A DNA stretch of 64,000 nucleotides. Origin: Desulfobulbaceae bacterium BRH_c16a (GTDB lineage Bacteria > Desulfobacterota > Desulfobulbia > Desulfobulbales > Desulfocapsaceae). Position numbers and translations under genes: made by a program. The notes below the pieces were generated by a model that was not told the DNA's origin, made no database searches, and saw only the letters and a list, made by a program, of their open reading frames with translations. Shown here piece after piece: positions 47,311 to 57,816 of this stretch. Every line of letters begins with the position of its first letter. The stretch's first letter is position 1. The stretch is from assembly GCA_000961725.1 (NCBI GenBank), contig LADS01000037.1, forward strand, positions 54,185 to 118,184, read 5' to 3'.

Positions 47311-47703
47311 ATGATACGCGATCTAGCCCTTGCCGCAAAGGCGTCTTGCAGTCTTGAAGACCAGACATCGCTGGTCCCGATTGTGCTGCAATTGAAAAAA
47401 CTGTGCGAACTGGTTTCGAAACAGGGTGTACTTGCCCTGGAAAACGAACTCCCTCAGATCAAAGACACCTTTCTGAATCTGGGCATCCAATTGATTATCG
47501 ACAAAGTGGAGTCGAGCAATATCGAGGATATCCTCGACTCCGACATCTATTACAACCACTCTAATGGCAGGGAATTATTGAAGAAAATCATCATACGGGA
47601 GGGCTTGTTGCGCATCCAGGCCGGCGACAGCCCAAGGAACGTTTTGATCTGCACCAAAGTGTTCCTGGGTCAGGTGAGCGATGCCGTTTTCCGCAACCCC
47701 TGA
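47311..47703 (+). CDS. Stand-alone MotA/PomA cytoplasmic-domain-like protein
   Basis: SKQGVLALENELPQIKDTFLNLGIQLIID and IIREGLLRIQAGDSPR, both MotA cytoplasmic motifs; no TM helices. Confidence 0.65.
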   Translation: MIRDLALAAKASCSLEDQTSLVPIVLQLKKLCELVSKQGVLALENELPQIKDTFLNLGIQLIIDKVESSNIEDILDSDIYYNHSNGRELLKKIIIREGLLRIQAGDSPRNVLICTKVFLGQVSDAVFRNP

Positions 47704-47764
47704 GAATGTCGTTGTCCGCCGCCCTCTGATCGCGTTCCCGCAAAAAGTACCTCTGCCGCCGGTA

Positions 47765-48940
47765 TCAGGAGAGAAGGCGGCAGAGATATTTGGCCGCAGA
47801 CGACGCGCCATCCGTCATGATACCGTAGGTGGGTGCCTTTTTACTGCCCAGGTTGTTCAACAGCAGCTCCTCCAGTTCTCCTGCACTCACCCTGGATTCG
47901 GAGATCATTGCCACCTGTTCGCCTGTGGCCCCGACAATTCTTTCCAGATGAATCCGCTGCTCTTCATCCGCCATTTCACGGTAGACGATCAGGGCGGGAA
48001 TCCGGACATGGAGAATATCCATGATGCTGTTGTAGCCGCCATACACCACCGCGGTTTTCGAATGAAGCAGGGTCGGCACGTAATTGCCGCCCGGCGGTTC
48101 AATGCGACAGTTCTCCACTTCCCGGAAAAGCGCTCCGATCGCTCTTTGGGTTTCCGGCTCCGCTCCGGTATCGATGAAGAGATACCAGCAACCAAAAGAT
48201 ACCGGAATTTTTTGTAATGCTTCGGCCAGACAAGCGAGAAACCGGAGACTCTCCTCGCCGAGCCATGGAATGGCAATGGTCCCGGCCGGGCTTGTTGCCG
48301 GCACAGGCAGAGGGTTGTGCCAGAAGGCTAACTCGGCCAGTCGCAGCACATACCCGCACTCCACCGGATCGGTGGCAAATCTCTGCTGCAGAAGCCTGCG
48401 ATGGGAGGGGCCGAGCACGGTACTGTCTCCGTACCAGAGCATGCTGTGATAATGTTGGGCGAAGAGGGTGGCGGCGAGTTCCGACCGGGTCTGGGGCACC
48501 TCCCCGACCACACCGCGAACCCCCAGAACCCAGATGGTATCCCGAGAATCGTTTGCCGACAATGCCGGAACCAACTCTTTGTGTTTACCCTGGGGCGTGT
48601 GGTCGACCAGTACCAGGCGGGGTCTGTACAGTTTTGTCAGATGGCGCAGTTCTTCCGCCCTGAGCCGGCCAAGTTGCGTATCCGTATAAAGCGACCGGCC
48701 GGCAATGCCGCGCGATTTTCCCATTTCGACCTTCGTTTCATACGAAGGAAGCTTCAGCCAGTCAAGCGGGGCAGATCCGATCAGCTCCTGGGAGAGACGA
48801 CAGCCCGACACAAAAAGCACTTTCAGCTCCGGAAAAAGCCGACGCACGGCCATGCCCACGGCTATGCTGCGGCTGGCGTGCCCGAGCCCTCTGCCGTCAT
48901 GGGCATATATCAGGATGTCTAAGCAGGGAATCTGATCCAT
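47765..48940 (-). CDS. Predicted GT-B glycosyltransferase (COG4671-like)
   Basis: IYAHDGRGLGHASR, LVDHTPQG, YGGYNS, EEQRIH. Confidence 0.8.
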   Translation of the reverse strand: MDQIPCLDILIYAHDGRGLGHASRSIAVGMAVRRLFPELKVLFVSGCRLSQELIGSAPLDWLKLPSYETKVEMGKSRGIAGRSLYTDTQLGRLRAEELRHLTKLYRPRLVLVDHTPQGKHKELVPALSANDSRDTIWVLGVRGVVGEVPQTRSELAATLFAQHYHSMLWYGDSTVLGPSHRRLLQQRFATDPVECGYVLRLAELAFWHNPLPVPATSPAGTIAIPWLGEESLRFLACLAEALQKIPVSFGCWYLFIDTGAEPETQRAIGALFREVENCRIEPPGGNYVPTLLHSKTAVVYGGYNSIMDILHVRIPALIVYREMADEEQRIHLERIVGATGEQVAMISESRVSAGELEELLLNNLGSKKAPTYGIMTDGASSAAKYLCRLLS

Positions 48941-49115
48941 ATCGCGTCTTTTCTCCCGGAGTTAAAGCTGAGTTGAGCAGCTTGTCTGCTCGTACGAAAC
49001 TTATACCCTTGTGGTGTAATAGCTTGATAAAAAGCATGCAGAAACTGAGAATATTTGGTTTCCTGTGCCGATGCAACCAGTTTCACCTGAGAAGATGCAA
49101 CCACGCAAGAGAACT

Positions 49116-50249
49116 ATGAAAATCGCCTACTATATGCCGTTCAAACCGATGGGTCATGTTCACCCGTCGGGGGATCTGGTCATCGGTACCGAGCTGTACG
49201 ATTACTTACGAAACAGGCAGCATTCCATCGAGCTGATCAGTAAACTCCGCTGCCGGTGGATATATTACCGCCCCCTCCTCCTGCTGCGTCTGCCGGGCGA
49301 AAAAAGGCGAATACTCAGGCACTGCCGGACCATGCAGCCCAACCTCTGGCTCAGTTATCATTCCTATTATAAAGCTCCGGACCTTCTCGGCCCGTGGTGC
49401 AGCCGGGAACTCAACCTGCCCTATGTCATTTTCCAGGGGATCTATTCAACAAAACGGCGCAGGCAGCTGGAAACCCTGCCCGGCTTTCTGCTGAACAGAA
49501 AGGCCCTGCTTTCTGCCGACCATGTCTTCACCAACAAAAAGCGGGACCACACCAATCTCGAGCGATTGCTGCCGGAACATCGCCTGAGCTACATTGCCCC
49601 CGGGATTCATCCGGGATCGTTCGAATTCTCCGGAGAATGGCGGCAGGAACTGCAGCGTCACTGGCGCATCCAGGATGAAACGGTGGTCATGACCGCCGCC
49701 ATGATGCGCCCGGGAGTAAAAACCGAAGGAATCGCCAGAGTGATGGAATCATGCGCCGAACTGATGCAGCGAGGCCTGCGCCTGCGCCTGATCATTGTCG
49801 GCGACGGTATCTGCCGGCCGCAACTTGAAAAAAAAGCCGGTGAACTGCGCATGTCGCCCGATAAAGTGCTTTTTGCCGGACAGATCCCAAGAGCAGAGAT
49901 GCCCCGGTACTACAGTGCTGCGGATATCTTTGCCTTTCCCGGTTTTGAGGAATCACTTGGCATGGTCTACCTGGAGGCTCAGTCCTGCAATCTCCCGGTG
50001 GTCGCCTGTGGGGACTGGGGCGGCGGCGAGGCAGTTGTCGACGGCCGGACAGGCCTGCTCACACCCGCCGAATCCCCCGAGCGTTTCACCACGGCGATCG
50101 GTAGACTCATCGAGGACAGGAGCCTGCGCCTGATGCTTGCCGGCGCGGCGGGCGAACATATCAGGGCCGGGCATGACCTGCAACGCAACTATAGCCAACT
50201 GGAAGATAGCCTGGTTGAACTGGCCGCAAAATATGTGCGCCCCCTGTAG
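49116..50249 (+). CDS. Glycosyltransferase family 4
   Basis: YHSYYKAPDLLGP, ADIFAFPGFEESLGMVYLEAQ. Confidence 0.9.
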   Translation: MKIAYYMPFKPMGHVHPSGDLVIGTELYDYLRNRQHSIELISKLRCRWIYYRPLLLLRLPGEKRRILRHCRTMQPNLWLSYHSYYKAPDLLGPWCSRELNLPYVIFQGIYSTKRRRQLETLPGFLLNRKALLSADHVFTNKKRDHTNLERLLPEHRLSYIAPGIHPGSFEFSGEWRQELQRHWRIQDETVVMTAAMMRPGVKTEGIARVMESCAELMQRGLRLRLIIVGDGICRPQLEKKAGELRMSPDKVLFAGQIPRAEMPRYYSAADIFAFPGFEESLGMVYLEAQSCNLPVVACGDWGGGEAVVDGRTGLLTPAESPERFTTAIGRLIEDRSLRLMLAGAAGEHIRAGHDLQRNYSQLEDSLVELAAKYVRPL

Positions 50250-50252
50250 ACA

Positions 50253-52229
50253 TCATCGCCCGTCATTGACTACGATAACTTCCACCCGGCGGTTCTTTGC
50301 CCTGCCTTCTCTGGTAGCGTTGGAAGCGACGGGTTCCTGATTGCCAAGACCTCTTATTTCTATCCGTGCCGCCTCAACCCCGCTTTCAACGAGAAGTTTC
50401 TGCACGCCCATCGCCCGTTCTTCGGACAGTTTGACATTCTCGGGAGAATTGGTCTTAGCCGAGACAAAACCCTTAACCAGCACCTGCGCCTGTGGGTAGT
50501 CTTTCAGTTTTGCGACAAAATCCCGGTACCGAACGGCAGCCTCGCCGGTGAGCTCCAGCGAATTCGGGCGCAGGCCCAGGACAACCTTGTTCGGTTCCAT
50601 GGGCGCAATACCGCCTGCCCCTTTATCCCCGGAAGCCTCCCGCTCAGAGGTCGCGGGCTTTGCATCGGCCTGGGATACCTTCGTCGCCGGTTCGGTGCCT
50701 GCCCCGCCTCCGGCAACGATCTTCTGCTTTAAAGCGGCAATTCTCCGGGCAGAGCCGGCTGCCGCCGAAGCTGCAGGAGACGGCTCGGCAGAAGCCTCGG
50801 CATCCCCATTTTCGACTGGAAAAATAATCTTTTCATCCGCCACAATCTTCGGAACCGGCCCTGTCTTTTCTTTTCCCGACTTCCGACCTGATCCAGTCCC
50901 TTCCGCCAGGCTGTCGGCAAGTATTGCGTCGAGATCGGTATCGGCCGGCTCAGCCGGAGCCTGACCGGCATCCTTCATCTGTACGGCCAATGTTCCTGTC
51001 TGCGCCACTGCCTCTTCCAGTGCTTTATCGTCGGCAGCATTATAGGCCTTCTCCAGAATGGCCCGTTTCATCACTGCCGTCTTTTTCTCGTTTATCACTT
51101 GCTCATTCTGTTCAAGCATGGCAACGGCAGGCGAAGACAGGGTTTGACCAATCTCCTTTTTCGCCGGTTGCTGCACATTCCGTCCGCCATCCCCCATTAC
51201 CGTTTCCCGGATTTTTTCTGCCGGAGAATAAAAATAGACCCCCGTTACCACAACCAGGATGACTCCCAGGGCATACTTCAGCCACCCCCGGCGCCCGTCA
51301 CCTTCCAGATTGAATCCTGAGACGGTGGTCTTCGAGTCTGAAGTACCTGCGGTAAAACGTCCGCGAAAATGCTGCAGATGGCTCTTCTCGTCGGCGAGCC
51401 CGTCGAAATCGTGCCAGCTGGGGTTGACCGGCAGGTTGAGCTTCTGCATGCATCCCTCGAGCACCCTGTGATCGAGAGTCCGCTTGCCCTGGACGGAGCC
51501 GGCCACCATTGCATGATCACAGATGATGTTGATCAGACGGGGAATTCCCTTTGAGGCGCGATGGATAATCTGAACCGCTTTGGCAGTGAACAGTTTCTCT
51601 TCCGTCCCGGCGATGTGGAGCCTGTAACGGATATAGTCTTCGGTCTCTTTGCCGGTGAGAGGTACAAGCTCGGACTTCAGCGTCAGACGTTGCCTGACCG
51701 CCCTGTTTTTCGGCTGAACCAGCATATCGTTGAACTCGCGCCGGCCAATGAAAAAGATATTGATGAGTTTTGTCTCCGCCTTTTCTATATTCGACAGTAA
51801 CCGCAACTCTTCAAGCATGTCCTGACTCAGCCGGTGACAATCGTCTATCAGCAGCACTACCTTTTTATTTTCATCATGCGCCTTATGTAAAAAGTTACTG
51901 AATTGAAGGAGAAACTGGACTTTCGATGTAAATTCCCTGTCGATCCCGAATCCCTTGGCTATGGCGTTGTAGAAATCAAGTCTTTCAAGACTCGGATCGC
52001 CGATCACCGCCCACTCCACATCTTTATCGGAATTCTGTGTCAGGGCATTGATGAGGGTCGTCTTGCCGGTGCCGGCATCGCCCGTCAACAAGAGGAATCC
52101 TTTGTTTTCGAGAATACCGTAACGCAAGGCAGTCAGCGCTTCTTCATGTTTTGCACCGAGCCAGAGAAAAACCGGGTCGGGAAGAGTCTCAAAAGGCCTG
52201 CTGTCCAGATTGTAAAATGACGTATACAT
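50253..52229 (-). CDS. ExeA/GspA-like AAA ATPase fused to an OmpA-like domain
   Basis: MYTSFYNLDSRPF, GDAGTGKTT, GIPRLINIICD; TM; NVKLSEERA...NRRVEV. Confidence 0.9.
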   Translation of the reverse strand: MYTSFYNLDSRPFETLPDPVFLWLGAKHEEALTALRYGILENKGFLLLTGDAGTGKTTLINALTQNSDKDVEWAVIGDPSLERLDFYNAIAKGFGIDREFTSKVQFLLQFSNFLHKAHDENKKVVLLIDDCHRLSQDMLEELRLLSNIEKAETKLINIFFIGRREFNDMLVQPKNRAVRQRLTLKSELVPLTGKETEDYIRYRLHIAGTEEKLFTAKAVQIIHRASKGIPRLINIICDHAMVAGSVQGKRTLDHRVLEGCMQKLNLPVNPSWHDFDGLADEKSHLQHFRGRFTAGTSDSKTTVSGFNLEGDGRRGWLKYALGVILVVVTGVYFYSPAEKIRETVMGDGGRNVQQPAKKEIGQTLSSPAVAMLEQNEQVINEKKTAVMKRAILEKAYNAADDKALEEAVAQTGTLAVQMKDAGQAPAEPADTDLDAILADSLAEGTGSGRKSGKEKTGPVPKIVADEKIIFPVENGDAEASAEPSPAASAAAGSARRIAALKQKIVAGGGAGTEPATKVSQADAKPATSEREASGDKGAGGIAPMEPNKVVLGLRPNSLELTGEAAVRYRDFVAKLKDYPQAQVLVKGFVSAKTNSPENVKLSEERAMGVQKLLVESGVEAARIEIRGLGNQEPVASNATREGRAKNRRVEVIVVNDGR

Positions 52230-52636
52230 GAGGCACCCTAGCCGTGATGCACAAAATTTATTTTGGGCCGGTCGGCAAGTTGTTGAAAAACAGGGGTGAT
52301 GGTGAATCGTTTGGAAAAAGCAACTCCTCCCAAATCCTTCCGACTAGGCGAAATTTCTCTTGATGAACAATTACCTGCGATAGCGTGACAAACGGGAAAA
52401 CTACCTGCGGAGAAAGAAGTTGTCAATCCTTTATCCGTCCTGCGTTCTGCTGAAAATTACACAATAGAAAGGATTGCCGCACCCCCACCCTGTTTTCTCC
52501 CTTCTCTGCCTGGTCGAAGCGGGAATTATAACGCTTGAGTTTCAGGGTGATGTCTGTTAACGATATGCGGCTGGGAGCCGGTGCGTTTACACTCAAAAAT
52601 CGGCAACACAATCATATTTTACAACCAGCCCAAGGC

Positions 52637-53353
52637 ATGAAGGACGAACTGACAATCGTAGTTCCGGTATTCAACGAAGAAGAGAGCCTGCCTCATTTTT
52701 TTCTTGAACTGGATAGATTTTTCGAGAAATCGCCGCTTCCCGCCCAGGCGATCTTTATCGACGACGGCTCGACGGACAGGAGTCTTGGACTCCTCGCAGC
52801 AGAATGCAAAAGCCGGCCGGTCTGCAGCTACCTGTCTTTTAATAAAAATTATGGCCTCAGCACCGCAGTAAAAGCAGGAATCGATCACTGCCGCACCTCC
52901 CTGGTCGGTTATATCGATGCCGACCTGCAGACGCATCCGGAAGACTTTCTTGATTTCTTCATTTTTTTGCCGGAATTCGATATGGTAAACGGCATCAGAC
53001 GGAAAAGAAAGGACACTCTCACAAAGAGGCTTTCCTCCAAGTTTGCCAATGCCTATAGAAGACTCTTGATCAATGATGCAATTGAAGACACATGCTGCCC
53101 TCTGAAAATTATTAAAACATCCTATGCCCGGCAAATGCCGTTCTTCACAGGCATGCATCGTTTTATTCCGGCCCTCGTGCAGCTGCAGGGCGGCAGGGTC
53201 AAACAGGTCCCGGTCTCCCATTATCCACGCTATGCCGGAACCAGCAAGTATCATCTCTTCAATCGACTTATCGGGCCGTTCTTTGACACCCTTGCTTTTC
53301 GCTGGATGCGCAGCCGATACATCCGCTATGAGGTAACAAACCGGAACACATGA
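52637..53353 (+). CDS. GT2 polyprenyl-phosphate glycosyltransferase (ArnC/RgtE-like)
   Basis: VVPVFNEEE, IDDGSTD, IDADLQ, HRFIPAL, HYPRYAGTSKY. Confidence 0.9.
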   Translation: MKDELTIVVPVFNEEESLPHFFLELDRFFEKSPLPAQAIFIDDGSTDRSLGLLAAECKSRPVCSYLSFNKNYGLSTAVKAGIDHCRTSLVGYIDADLQTHPEDFLDFFIFLPEFDMVNGIRRKRKDTLTKRLSSKFANAYRRLLINDAIEDTCCPLKIIKTSYARQMPFFTGMHRFIPALVQLQGGRVKQVPVSHYPRYAGTSKYHLFNRLIGPFFDTLAFRWMRSRYIRYEVTNRNT

Positions 53354-53988
53354 GTCATTACCTCGTTTTCAGCATCGGTTTTCTCGCCCAGATTCTTTTT
53401 TCGGCAAGACTCCTTGTCCAGTGGATCTCCTCGGAAAAAGCGGGACGAGTCCTTTCCCCCCTGCTTTTCTGGCAATTCAGTATCATTGCCTCCATTCTTA
53501 TGATAGTTTACGGGATCCTCCGCCACGACCTTGCCATCATTCTCGGTCAGGCAATTACTTACGGCGTGTACATCCGGAATCTTTGCCACCTGGGATTCTG
53601 GCGAAAAATTCCTCACGTCATCCGCAATATCGCCATCGCGTTTCCCATTCTGACCATCCTCTGGCTGCAGCTCGGGGATGTCTACAATTTCAGCAGCATC
53701 ATCGTCAATAAAGACATCCCCTTCAGCCTCATGATCTGGGGGCTGACCGGACAGTTCGTCTTCACCTTCCGCTTCATCGTCCAGTGGTTCTCCACCGAGA
53801 AAGTCAAGGAATCGATCCTGCCGATCGGCTTCTGGCTTTTCAGCATCGTCGGTTCGGTCATGGTTCTCAGCTATGCCGTTATCCGCCAGGACCCCGTTCT
53901 TTTTGTGGGGCAGCTGTTTGGCTTTTTTGTATATTTCAGAAACACATTGCTGTGGATGCGTCAACGAAAGCCGTGCTGGAAACTATGA
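53350..53988 (+). CDS. Lipid-A-disaccharide synthase N-terminal (LAB_N) domain membrane protein
   Basis: Duplicated GF/GLxGQ...RxxVQW...SE...P..FW motif. Confidence 0.85.
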   Translation: MSHYLVFSIGFLAQILFSARLLVQWISSEKAGRVLSPLLFWQFSIIASILMIVYGILRHDLAIILGQAITYGVYIRNLCHLGFWRKIPHVIRNIAIAFPILTILWLQLGDVYNFSSIIVNKDIPFSLMIWGLTGQFVFTFRFIVQWFSTEKVKESILPIGFWLFSIVGSVMVLSYAVIRQDPVLFVGQLFGFFVYFRNTLLWMRQRKPCWKL

Positions 53989-55499
53989 CGGGATCGGCTC
54001 TCGAATCGTCGGAAAAACAGCTGACAATCCGGTTTTTTCTTGCTCTTGGCGGCTATTTTATCCTGCACATCCTGCTTCGGGTGATACTCTCCGATTCCCT
54101 CGATTACGACGAGGCCGAACAGGCCCTGCTCGGCCAATGGCTGCTGGCGGGTTATACCGAACAGCCTCCGCTCTACACCTGGCTCCAGCATTTTCTCTTT
54201 GTTCTTTTCGGCAAAAATGTCTTTGCCGTCAGCCTCCTGAAAAACGGGCTGCTCTTTTTGACCTACAGCTGTGTTTATTTTGCGGCCTGCGAAATCCTGA
54301 AAGACCGCCGATCGGCTATCCTTGCCACCTTCTCCATCCTGCTTATCCCGCAGATCGGCTGGGAATCGCAAAGGGATATGACCCATACCACCCTGGTGGT
54401 GTTTGCGGCCTCGGCCACACTCTGGCAGACCATGCGGCTGGTACAAAACCGGAGTATCGCCAATTACTGCATCCTCGGCCTCTTCCTCGGTATTGGCATC
54501 ATGGCAAAAGCCAATTTTGCCCTGTTCGCAACCGTGCTCTTCCTTACCCTGTGCTCCTTTGTCGAAGGCAGAAAGATCCTTTTCACCAGGAAACTTATCG
54601 TAAGTCTTGCGGTCATAGCCGTCTTCACCGGAACCTATTTTGTCTGGATGGCGGGAAACCAGGACATTGTATTTTCCGCCACCCATAAGTTCAAACGCGG
54701 CATTGAGCACTCCTGGCTGCTCGGCACAATCAGCCTGATCACCAAGAGCTTCCTTTTCCTGACCCCTTTATGGCTCATCTGCTGTATTGTTTTTCCCTCG
54801 GGCTTTGGGCGAAACGACAATCCCGACCCAGGTTTTCATCGCCGGTTCATCGGCAGGTACATGCTGTTTCTTTTCCTTGCCCTGTTAGTGGTCGTCCTCC
54901 TTTTCAAAGTGACTTATGTGAAGGACAGATGGCTTCAGCCCCTGTTGTTTGCCGCGCCCATCTATTTTTTTTCCAGACTTTCTCCGACCGGGATCTCCTC
55001 GCAAAAATTCAAGACCTATCTCGGCATAGTGCTGGTGGCGGCCCTGGCCGTCTATTGTGCATTTACCATCAGGGTTGTCGGTGCATCCGCCATCAAGAAC
55101 TTCTGCCGCCTGAATTATCCCTTTAACGCCATGGCGGCAGATCTTCGTAAATCTGGATTTACCGAGGGTCTGATTATCAGCGACAACCGTTTCCTGGCTG
55201 GAAATTTCCACTTTCGTTTTCCGTCCGGCATGGCGATCGTCCCCGATTACCGCTTTGAAACACTGGTCGAGCCCGGCAGATATTCGTCCGTCGCCGTTCT
55301 CTGGAAAGCCGACGAATCCTTAACAATCCCAGCCGATCTCGATTCCTTCTTACGGGAAACATACGCCATTTCCGCCGCCGATTATCCGGTCGATTATTTC
55401 GAGCATCCCTACCTGTTCGCCCATAGCGAAACCGTCACCCTTGCGGCAATGTTTATTCCTCTCCCACCCGTCCTCGCAAACCGCTCTTCGGCACAATAG
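53985..55499 (+). CDS. ArnT/RgtA-like GT-C (PMT) glycosyltransferase
   Basis: DYDEAEQ, GYTEQPPLYTW, WESQRDMTHT; many TM helices. Confidence 0.88.
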   Translation: MTGSALESSEKQLTIRFFLALGGYFILHILLRVILSDSLDYDEAEQALLGQWLLAGYTEQPPLYTWLQHFLFVLFGKNVFAVSLLKNGLLFLTYSCVYFAACEILKDRRSAILATFSILLIPQIGWESQRDMTHTTLVVFAASATLWQTMRLVQNRSIANYCILGLFLGIGIMAKANFALFATVLFLTLCSFVEGRKILFTRKLIVSLAVIAVFTGTYFVWMAGNQDIVFSATHKFKRGIEHSWLLGTISLITKSFLFLTPLWLICCIVFPSGFGRNDNPDPGFHRRFIGRYMLFLFLALLVVVLLFKVTYVKDRWLQPLLFAAPIYFFSRLSPTGISSQKFKTYLGIVLVAALAVYCAFTIRVVGASAIKNFCRLNYPFNAMAADLRKSGFTEGLIISDNRFLAGNFHFRFPSGMAIVPDYRFETLVEPGRYSSVAVLWKADESLTIPADLDSFLRETYAISAADYPVDYFEHPYLFAHSETVTLAAMFIPLPPVLANRSSAQ

Positions 55500-55638
55500 G
55501 CCCCGGCATTCCCAATGGGTGTGACCCATTGGGAATACTTGACAAATCGAAGTTTTTTTCTTAAATACTGAGGGTTCGAACATTTTGTTCCTGCCTTTGC
55601 AGGAAAACTTTTGTCCGTTTTACCACCGAGGGGGTATT

Positions 55639-56196
55639 GTGAAAAATTATCTTGTCAAAGACCTTATGGTCCCCATATCCGAATATGCCGCTGTCACTGT
55701 TGGAACATCGTTGATAGACGCTGTGCGGGTCCTTGAGCGAGCTCAGGATGCATATACGGTCAGCAAATATCAACACAGGGCTATCCTCGTTCTCAGCCCG
55801 GAAGGCCAGGTTGTCGGGAAAATCAGCCAGCTCAGGGCGCTCAAAGCAATTGAAAGCGATCACGAGTTCGGCGATGAAATCGATGAAATGCGAAAGTTTA
55901 ATTTCAGCGAGGACTACATCGCGCAACTCCGCGACAAATACAGATCACGAAAAAAGATCATCCGGGAAGATACATTACGGGAAGCAGCGGCAAAAAAAGT
56001 TGAGGAATTCATGCAGGCTCCCACTCCGGGAGAATACGTCTCCGAGGACTGCCGTCTTGACACCGCTATCCACAAACTGGTTGCCGGGACACATCTGTCG
56101 CTCCTGGTCACCCGCGACAAGGAAATTGTCGGCATCCTCAGGATATCGGATGTCTTTGCTGCGGTTTTCCATGAAATGGCATCTCTCGAATATTAA
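55639..56196 (+). CDS. CBS domain protein
   Basis: VKDLMVPISEY, HRAILV...VVGKIS, LLVTRDKEIVGILRISDVF. Confidence 0.88.
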   Translation: MKNYLVKDLMVPISEYAAVTVGTSLIDAVRVLERAQDAYTVSKYQHRAILVLSPEGQVVGKISQLRALKAIESDHEFGDEIDEMRKFNFSEDYIAQLRDKYRSRKKIIREDTLREAAAKKVEEFMQAPTPGEYVSEDCRLDTAIHKLVAGTHLSLLVTRDKEIVGILRISDVFAAVFHEMASLEY

Positions 56197-56214
56197 TTAC
56201 TTTTAGGCGATCAT

Positions 56215-57636
56215 ATGAAAGAACTGGAAAAACTCTTTAACAGAATTGTGCAGAGGGTGAATATCAACCTCCGCGAACTGGATTTCGATGTGAGTCCGTT
56301 TGCCGTAGAGCTCATCCCCCCCGATCAAATGAGCAAGTTTTACGCCTTCTACGGAATCACTCCCGATCATCCCCTCGATCTCCACTTCGAGCATTCCGCT
56401 CTGGCCGGCAGCTATTTCCTCGGCAAATGCCGCGTAAGAAATTCCCTCCTCTATAAAAGCGATATCCGGGGTGACGAGCTCAAGCGCAAAGATCGTCAAA
56501 TCAGTTTCAACAACTTCACCTTGACCCTGACAAAAGACGAAATCATCGACATCGAGGACAGTGCCCTGGTGAAAACGCTGGTGCACAATTATTCTCATGA
56601 CCCTGAAACACCCGAGAAGTTTTTTATCAAGGACACGCTTGCCATGGATTACGCCAACATCCACGGCTCCCCCTCCGACGGCTGCTTTCTCGGTCCCTAC
56701 GCCACCGTCGACCTGACGACCATGCGCGACAGCGTCATCGGCGCATATTCTTACATCCAGGCCGGGGAGATCAGCCACCTCAAGGTCAATCCTGGGACTA
56801 TCTGGGTCAACAGCCCCGGCAACTTCAATTTCCTCTACAAATATCCGGCAGAGTTGCTCGAGCAGTATGTTTCTTTATCTCCGGACAAGGTACCTTGGGG
56901 CATCCTTATCGATTTTATCGAGGAACGAAAAGTAGAGTTTCAGAGGGTTTTCGATTTCGTCAATCTCCAGGAAATTGAATCGATTCCCAAAACAGCATCG
57001 CTTGACCGCTATGCGGTTGTGTTGCCGAATATCAAGATCGCCGACAACGTGCTCGTTTCCCAGCGGGCCTATATTGAAAATTCGAGCCTCGGCAAAGGGG
57101 CCAACGCCCAGGAAAACTGTTTTATCATCAATTCATCCCTTGAAGGCTACAACGTTACCGCCCATGGCGCAAAAATCATTGAAGCGGATCTGAAACTTGG
57201 CGTTTTTGTCGGCTTCAACAGCTTCCTGTTCGGTAAAAAAGAAAGCAGGCTGACAATCAACGAAGGTTGTGTGGTTATGCCCCATACCATTATCGACATT
57301 CAGGAGCCGCTGGAAATCCCAGCCGACCATCTGGTCTGGGGGCTCATTAGAAACAGTGAAGAACTCGCAACGAACAGCATCTCCCTGGAAAAGCTGAACA
57401 CTGTCGAAACCTCGCTCTCGCAGGGAAGAATGCATTTTGAAGGCAAAGGGGCCATGTTTGTCAAGGCGTTCAAGGATCGCATCCATCACATTCTCGATGT
57501 AAACGGGGCCTTTTTTGAAAACGGCGAAAATGCCGGACATGCGCAAAAAAATCAAAGGTTGTCCTTGAACACCATCCAACCTTTCCAGTTCGGCGCCAAT
57601 GAAGGCATGTATCCCAGCATCAGGATTCTGCCGTAA
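56215..57636 (+). CDS. Left-handed beta-helix (hexapeptide-repeat) transferase-like protein
   Basis: NIKIADNVLVSQRAYIENSSLGKGANAQENC..., NVTAHGAKI, VFVGFNSF. Confidence 0.8.
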   Translation: MKELEKLFNRIVQRVNINLRELDFDVSPFAVELIPPDQMSKFYAFYGITPDHPLDLHFEHSALAGSYFLGKCRVRNSLLYKSDIRGDELKRKDRQISFNNFTLTLTKDEIIDIEDSALVKTLVHNYSHDPETPEKFFIKDTLAMDYANIHGSPSDGCFLGPYATVDLTTMRDSVIGAYSYIQAGEISHLKVNPGTIWVNSPGNFNFLYKYPAELLEQYVSLSPDKVPWGILIDFIEERKVEFQRVFDFVNLQEIESIPKTASLDRYAVVLPNIKIADNVLVSQRAYIENSSLGKGANAQENCFIINSSLEGYNVTAHGAKIIEADLKLGVFVGFNSFLFGKKESRLTINEGCVVMPHTIIDIQEPLEIPADHLVWGLIRNSEELATNSISLEKLNTVETSLSQGRMHFEGKGAMFVKAFKDRIHHILDVNGAFFENGENAGHAQKNQRLSLNTIQPFQFGANEGMYPSIRILP

Positions 57637-57816
57637 AGCTTTTGTCGTCCCTGAGAGATAATCGAAATCATCCCGTACAGAGCCGCCCGATGATTTCGAT
57701 TATCCGCGCCTTAAGGAAAATCTCCTCTACCGTCCCTTCAAATGATGATATATCTTATAAGCAGTGTGACATTTTCATAAGAACCCAGCTCTTTTCTTTA
57801 TCGGGGACAAGGACAC

